From Trichinella spiralis (lineage: Eukaryota): a stretch of 57,903 nt of DNA. The stretch is from positions 8,046,583-8,104,485 of the forward strand of contig NW_003526941.1 in the NCBI RefSeq assembly GCF_000181795.1, given 5' to 3'. The notes under the pieces are model-generated. The model made no database searches. It had not been told where the DNA came from and saw only the letters and a list, made by a program, of their open reading frames with translations. Both the position numbers and the translations under genes were made by a program. Below, piece by piece: positions 51,197 through 57,903 of the stretch (position 1 is the first letter of the stretch; every line of letters begins with the position of its first letter).

Positions 51197-54124
51197 ATGA
51201 TGGAGCAAATGAATGTGATTGACTTGATTGAGCACGTTGGGCAAGTTGTGCACGTTTGTGACTTTTTGGCTGCAGAAATGCTGCTGAAAGGCTTCAAAGA
51301 AGAGAACAATTTTGTCACAAATACTGACGACAATTTTCGTTCAGTTTTGGATAATTTGGAAAAGTTGATCAGTGCAGAAAAGAATTATCTTTCGTTGGCT
51401 TATATCCGCGATTTGAAAGTCAAAGAAGCGGAAGATGGCCCGGATGCGTTGTATGGCTGTGTTCAAGCGGAGCTGATGCACATTGCTGAACAAGCGGTTG
51501 AAGTGTCAATTGAAGAGCAACTTGTCGACTTGATTGGCGAAAGCTCCGCTTTACTCATATTACAACAGATGTGCTTGTATGCAGTTGGTCGGTTGCGTCT
51601 TATGGAATAGTAAGTATTGAATTTTATTTCCAATTATTTATTGTTATCATACTATCTCAGCTAACTGATGTGCCTATTTTTGAATATAATTTGTTATTGC
51701 ATAAAAATTAGTTGAATTTTTGATCATCATCTCTTCCATCAATCAGCGTATTTACATATAGAAATAAAGAAAATTATTGAAATAAGTGAAATATTTTAAA
51801 CACAATTTGTTCTTGTTTAATTTAGTTATCGCAATTTGCTTTGTATTGGTACTGGCGAAATGAAACGTCTGAAAGCCATCACAAATAACATAGAACTGGC
51901 AGTTGACGTTTACTACAAAACCCTTCCACGGCCATTTTTACTCGGCTCTCTGTTGAATAATTTAGTGTAATAAAGCATCGCTTACTCTGTTTGCATGCGA
52001 CTGTCCGAATAATGGAATTATTACTAATTGTTTTCATTTTTTCAATTTTCTACTATGGATAAAAAAATGGTTTTGCAATTTGTCAGCATTATGATTGCAT
52101 CAAAAATATGTTACTCTAACAAACTGACAATTCAGAAAAGTAAGTTGACGGTTTGTTTATTCATGTTAACAAAAATAAAAACATTAATTGTCTTCAAACT
52201 AATGACATTTGTTTTGAATATTAATATTATTTGCTATAAAATTGTTAAATTTGTAACAGTATTTTTGAATTTCGTCAATTGGGTTAACTGTTTTCATTTC
52301 TGTTCATCATATTATGAATATATCAAAAATTTGCATTTATAGAGATGAAAATGAAATATTGTATCGTCTTTTATTATGTCAACAGTGTTTAAGCGAAGCG
52401 AACTTTAAAGCTTCTTTCGATTATATTAGTGAAGGCTATGAACGATTATGCAAATTTGACGGCTACACTTCAGAGACTCCTATTTCAGATGAGGTGAAAT
52501 AATCTTTATTTTACCTTAAATTTACTTAAATCAAGTGAAATTACTTTTATGTTTATTTTATATATTGTATATGTGTATTAAACGATCAAAGCAAATAATA
52601 AATATAGTAGGACAGTTTCTGATGTGACTGAAAAATGCCAAAGAAGATATGCATGCATTTTTTGAATATTTAGGTATTTCTTCCATCTTCCACTGAACAA
52701 CGCAAAGCATATGAACTTGAATGTCCTTTGTATATATGGTACAATTCGTTTTTTGATTTTTTGATCACCAAGGTTTAAAATAATTTAATTTATACGTTTT
52801 TTGTTTGAATAAATAATAAATTTATCAATTTAGTTTGCGTTGTATTTTCATGAGACGCTAAGAAAACATGAGACAGCAAGAGTTGTGCAGCAATGTTTGA
52901 AGCGTGAACCGTTTATGCATGTTGATAGGTATTAATTATTTCAAGCAATTAATTTATTCGTCAATTCGATTGTGCAGTAAGAGAGCAAAAAAAAATTGAT
53001 TTTCTTTGTTGTCTGCATTGTAGAATTTCATCATTTTGTGACATAAACGAGGCAAATATTTTTTTGTTCATCGACTCTAGAAAACTGACATACGGTCAGT
53101 GGACTGACGCTTTTTTGACTGACAATTTCCAAACTCAACAGCTTCATTATTTTTCCATTCTGTTTACTACCGAAAAGGTAAATTGATCGATATTACGCTG
53201 TTTGCTATTGTTTATTGTTTTATTTATTGGTATTATTTTTGTTGAATTGCTTTGTTCTTTGATACATTTATCAGTTTTTTTCATTGCAGATTATTGTTGT
53301 TTTAATAATTCAATAATCTCATCGAATATTAATTATTCAGAAAGAAGACAGTACCGTACCACCTGAACTTGCTCTACAATTGATCAACAATGAAGTTCAG
53401 TTTGAATCTCTGGATTACTTATTAACTTTAACAATTTTGGTAAATAATTTTTTTTTATTAACAAGATAAATTTCTTTCCAATACACTGTGTATGTAACTT
53501 AAAGAGTAAAATTTTCTCAGGTATTTTTTTATTTCTCTATTTCACCACGTTTCAGTATTTTCTGATTTATTTTTAAAATTTTCCACAGCAGTTATAATAA
53601 ATAGCTAGTTTATTGAATGAATCAATTATTCCAATAAGTGAAACAGAAAAGTAGGGACAATAAATTTGCATTAATTATGTCGACATCGATGCATCACCGG
53701 CTATGAAAGATTGAATGATAATTTCAGAATGAGTTTTACGTTATTCGTCGAATCGAAGGCAGCATTTATTGTGCCTTGGCCATGAAAGCAAAAGATGAAG
53801 AAGAAGAAAAATCTGCACTAGCGTTTCTTGACGACCTTTGCAAGCGTTTACGTTGCGATGACGTTTTTGCTTCACTGCAAGTACCAATTTTTTAAAAATA
53901 TCCAAAAATTCACTTTTCTCCTCATCTCTGCTTATTATATAATATGCATTTCTTTTTGACTTTGGGTTTTATCATTTCTGACACCATAAAAGTGGAAAGT
54001 AAATTTTCTGAATGCACGCTTTTTCATTGCATGCAATGTGAAAATTGAAAATAAGAGACGTGTCTATTAGAAAATGAAAATCAAGCATTACAATGCTGAA
54101 CGAAATACCAGCTTGCTTAGTTGA
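51197..54124 (+). CDS. KICS2: KICSTOR complex subunit 2 (C12orf66/DUF2003) homologue, 9 exons, ~452 aa
   Basis: Exons: 51197-51609, 51826-51966, 52343-52493, 52674-52772, 52834-52928, 53024-53177, 53341-53439, 53728-53880, 54071-54124. Blocks LISAEKNYLSLAYI, QQMCLYAVGRL, PLYIW...LITKFALYFHETL, RISSF...IFLFIDSR and FLDDLCKRL...VFASLQ are collinear with human KICS2 as I recall it (LAAAEKVYHSLTYL, EQLCFFVQARM, HLFLW...LLAKFSFYFHEAL, KISSF...VSLIFDNR, FLNEVSLAL...VFASLK). Confidence 0.85.
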
Positions 54125-55427
54125 CTTTCCATGGAAGATATGTCTCGCAGATTTGAGTTACGCGCAAATCTGATTCCGCATTAAACCGAAGGTTAATAAT
54201 ATCTAAGAGATTGTTAACTGCACAATCTGATCAGCTTTTTTCTGATTTCTAGATATATATCTTTTAAAATCCATTTCAAGTTATTTTTCTGTCTAGCTTT
54301 TCTCTGTGCGGTTGTCAATTCTTCGCAACTGGTGCTAATTAGTATTTCTGCGCATTCTGGTCAATTTTGAAATTGTCATATTCTCCGGTTATAATTAAAA
54401 TATAATGTTGTATAAATAATTGCATAATATATGGCATAAGAGATTGTTATTTTACACGTGTAATTAATTATGTTGCGTTCTGCTGTTTAACGATACGACT
54501 AGATGCAGTATTGAATAATGTTGATGTATTCTCATGTTTAGTATAGTGTATCAATGAAAGGTTTTAATAGAAGAAATGTAAATTATGTTTTGATGGGAAG
54601 AATTTATTTGTCGCTTCGTTTGTTGCAAATAATGCAAACCAGTGCTTGTTGACGTTTTTTTTGAAATGATGAAAATTCAGTTTTATATTTGTATCACAAA
54701 TTAAGATTTAAAGCATTATCAAACAGCAGTAAATGAAAAGTTCCTTTTAGGTTCCACTGTGAACGTTTGTGCATCATTATTAGTGTAATCTTGTTTTCCA
54801 GATTTTCAAATTGTTCTTTCAAATATAAATATATAATATTATAGCGTACTCTAGAACGGTGTTGCTTTTCAACCTGTTCTTACAAATTTTTCATTTCGAT
54901 TCTCTCCTTTCATCGATCCTATTTTGCTTTTTTTTACAATGAAAATTAACGGAGTGTTGTCAATAAAAATAACAGTGAGCGGACAATAATCATTGCAATA
55001 ATTGGTAATATTGTTTTACTAGCACAGGGTAATAACATGTGTAACTGAACTTCATATTCTCAAATATTAAAGCATTTTACTACACTGTGGTGATATACAA
55101 TAAATTCCACTAACTACTCAACATTAACAACCACCCGAAATAGAAATTACACCTGAGAGTCAATATCTCATTTATAGTAATTTTACAGTAATTAGAATAA
55201 ACTCACAGAATGTCAAGAATAAGCAAGTGCACATAAATATGCCTGCATAGGAAAATTCATTGTATAAAACGAAGCACAAAAAATGAATTGTTAGTGAAAA
55301 ATCGCTGAAAACGGATAAAACAGTCGCAGAGGGCTTTCATATCTAATTTTCACAAGAACCATATACAACAGAATGTAGCTAAACAAAAATAGCGAACGTT
55401 ATTACTAAGAACAAATAAAACCTACGG

Positions 55428-55773
55428 CTGCAAAGCAAACAGGCGTCAAGGCCACACAAAAATTTGCATATTAACGAGACGACGCCTAACAATGATGATA
55501 CAATTGCACCTGACATCAGCTTAAAAACTAATTTCATAACTTTATTTAATTTGCTTTATTTGGGCTATCTAATGGTATCAAGATATGAGGAGTAATGTAA
55601 TAGTTGTTGATACCGTAAATTTTTATCTCATATATTACAGTTCATGAGATTTTACATTTCAGACTGTGGAAGTTGTTTTTGCTGATTGTAATGAAAAGAA
55701 GCAGTCGAACTTGTTTACCACAATTTTCATGCAAATTTTTATCCGTGGCCTTGACGTTTGCTTACATTGCAGC
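55428..55773. repeat. Imperfect ~44-bp inverted repeat pair (55428-55469 / 55729-55773)
   Basis: GCTGCAAAGCAAACAGGCGTCAAGGCCACACAAAAATTTGCAT on + versus GCTGCAATGTAAGCAAACGTCAAGGCCACGGATAAAAATTTGCAT on -. Confidence 0.7.
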
Positions 55774-57903
55774 AGTTGCTCACCCCTAGCTTGAACTTTT
55801 AATATATGTATAGAACGTCGTTCAAATTCCTTTTTTATTATCAATTCACTGGTATCTGGGAGTCGAAAAGAGCATAATAGTTGTTATTGTAAAGTTGCAA
55901 CTCATATAATATGTCTGCTGGGATATTAGATTAAAAGTTGTAACAGTTTTCGTTTGCTCAGCGTACTTTTTTCGCCCTTTACTTCAACAAATGATAACAC
56001 GTGAACAATAGAATGAAAATACCATCAATCACAAGCAGTTTACATTACATCCCCAACATACTGCATTACCGGCGTGTATGGAACCAGGTATGAATTTAAA
56101 CAAATTACCTGCTTTTTTTGAGTTGTCTTTCTTTATTTCATTACACACATTACACTGTAGATGGCCAGTTTTACTAATAATAAATCAAAGAAAAGCCTTT
56201 GAAGTGAAAATGAAAACGGTAAAGCATTGTTTTGCATGTAATTAAAGGTTTTTCATTTTTGAACATTTCAAAAATCAAAGTGACCACTTCAGTTGAGCTT
56301 TCACTGTTGATAAAGCATTTGATTATTCAATGTGAAAATATATTAAACTTTTCTTCACAGGACAAGTCTGAAATGAAAAACTTAATTGTATTCATTATAG
56401 CTTGCAGTGCATTGCGTATTTGTAAACATAGTAACAAAAACATTGAAATTTCTTCATTTTGTCACGTATTATGCAGATTATTGAATTACTATGCCAGAAA
56501 TATGCAAAAAGAAGCGTGACAATGATTTGCTGTTACACAATTTGTTTCAAGTTTTCTATGTTCAAAAGATTACAATCTCTTTTCAACTTATACTTTCAAT
56601 TTTAGTTTTCGATAAATGAGTAAACACTAATGCAATAATACAATGACGTAATTTCAAACGGTTCATCTATTATATAATAATGATGCATCGAAAATTTTCA
56701 TAAATGATCCACGTACGTGCATTGCTTTAACCATTTGAATAATCAATAACAGACATTGTTTTGACTTTCAACTAGCAAATTTTTCAACGAATGCGTTCTC
56801 CCCAAAGGGATTATTATTTTCAATATATTACAGGGTATTATTCTATTCAGCGCAATTCGTATATACGTTTCACCATTGACCAGTGTGCTGCGCAGCATTG
56901 AATGCCTGCATGCTTTCGCTTTTCACTTGCAAATTAGCATAGTTTGACAATCAGTGAATAGTGCGCTTCTCTACTTCACTTTGTTGGCATCTGCGTGGAT
57001 ATGCGCCTCTATTCCGCTTTTATTACTTGCTATTTTATTATTTTTTATACACTTTTATTATATTTCACAATTATCAAACACTCAATATGTGAAATATGGA
57101 AAAGTGAAAATTTTTCTTCAGCATTCAGTTAAAATGCAATTTAAAATTAAAATCATGAAAATGTAATTAATAATTAAAAATACCGTAATATACAGTATAC
57201 TTATTGCCAAATCACCGAGAAAAGGTTACAAAATAGCAGACCAATCAGAACAAGGCAAAAGTCCTAACAATAGTTCATATTTTAATTCAGTCATTTTCAA
57301 TTAATTGCGTTGCGGTGCGTACCAAATTGTTCAAGTAAAGAAAATAGTATCAAGGTATCAATTGAATATTGACATACACATTTTCTTGATGTTTTTACAT
57401 GTTCGTGTGTCTACGTTTAAGTATTTGATTACTTTTAATATACATAGAAATTCAAAAAAACTAACTACATATTCTCAGTTTTATAAAGTAAATTTAGTTG
57501 TTCAAAAATATTCATGTTTCAATTTGTTATTAAGCGCATACGTCTAGATATAAACGTGTAGAATACGTTCAATTTTTGAATTTACACTTGCTTGTGGCAT
57601 TGAATAGGTCGAATATCAATCATTAATCGCTTAGTATTTTCTATTATGCCAAACAACGAAATACCATTTGTCGTACAGAGAATCATCAAACCTTATGTTA
57701 TAACTTTATATTATATTTTCAAAATGTAGATGATCACAGACATTTGGTAAATTAAATTTTTTTTCTGCTTAATTTAGTTTAGTGTGCTTATATTTTGCTG
57801 AAAAGCATTTTGCCATGAGTTCCATTTATATAGGACATTTTTGAATTTCCAAATTTCAAATCCAGAAATGCGGAGGCGTGTTTTGACTATGTCAATGTTT
57901 TTG

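Noticed and set aside
51197..51610. Stand-alone intronless 137-aa orphan ORF
   Set aside because: The TAG overlaps a GTAAG donor, so it is exon 1 of KICS2.
52055..52139. Apparent signal-peptide first exon (MDKKMVLQFVSIMIASKICYS...) of a separate secreted protein
   Set aside because: Its donor is phase 1 while the exon at 52343 needs phase 2. The downstream exons align with KICS2, so this segment is intronic.
54800..57903. Hydrophobic short ORFs suggesting a membrane protein or GPCR
   Set aside because: I could not build a phase-consistent multi-exon model or find family motifs. The F/I/L/K bias is expected from AT-rich non-coding DNA.

Overview
This is AT-rich eukaryotic DNA with many 50-60 nt introns and nematode-style splice sites. 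It most resembles a clade I nematode such as Trichinella, which is an inference from composition and gene style, not a database match. I assembled spliced gene models by hand. Minus strand: NAGLU, HACD/PTPLA, CTF8, GDP-fucose synthase, RIN/Sprint (SH2-VPS9-RA), an RDH12/13-like SDR, a secreted orphan and CISD. Plus strand: SDE2, TMX1/dpy-11, a tandem galectin, a small PDZ protein, a TWIK-type K2P channel, a very short BDP1, PPAN/SSF1, a TGN38/KCT2-like membrane protein, SPT2, and a 9-exon KICSTOR subunit 2 (C12orf66) homologue that the ORF track splits into unrecognisable pieces. The most notable observations are: (1) the KICS2 homologue; (2) two introns in conserved enzymes that can only end at non-AG acceptors (TG, GG), plus one GC-AG intron; (3) operon-like intercistronic regions with an Ur-like hairpin+UAYYUU element; (4) a composite cis-regulatory motif set seen three times; (5) a perfect 24-bp palindrome upstream of the galectin; (6) a structured insertion in TMX1 intron 1. 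No rRNA, tRNA, CRISPR array or intact transposase was found. All exon boundaries are manual predictions.
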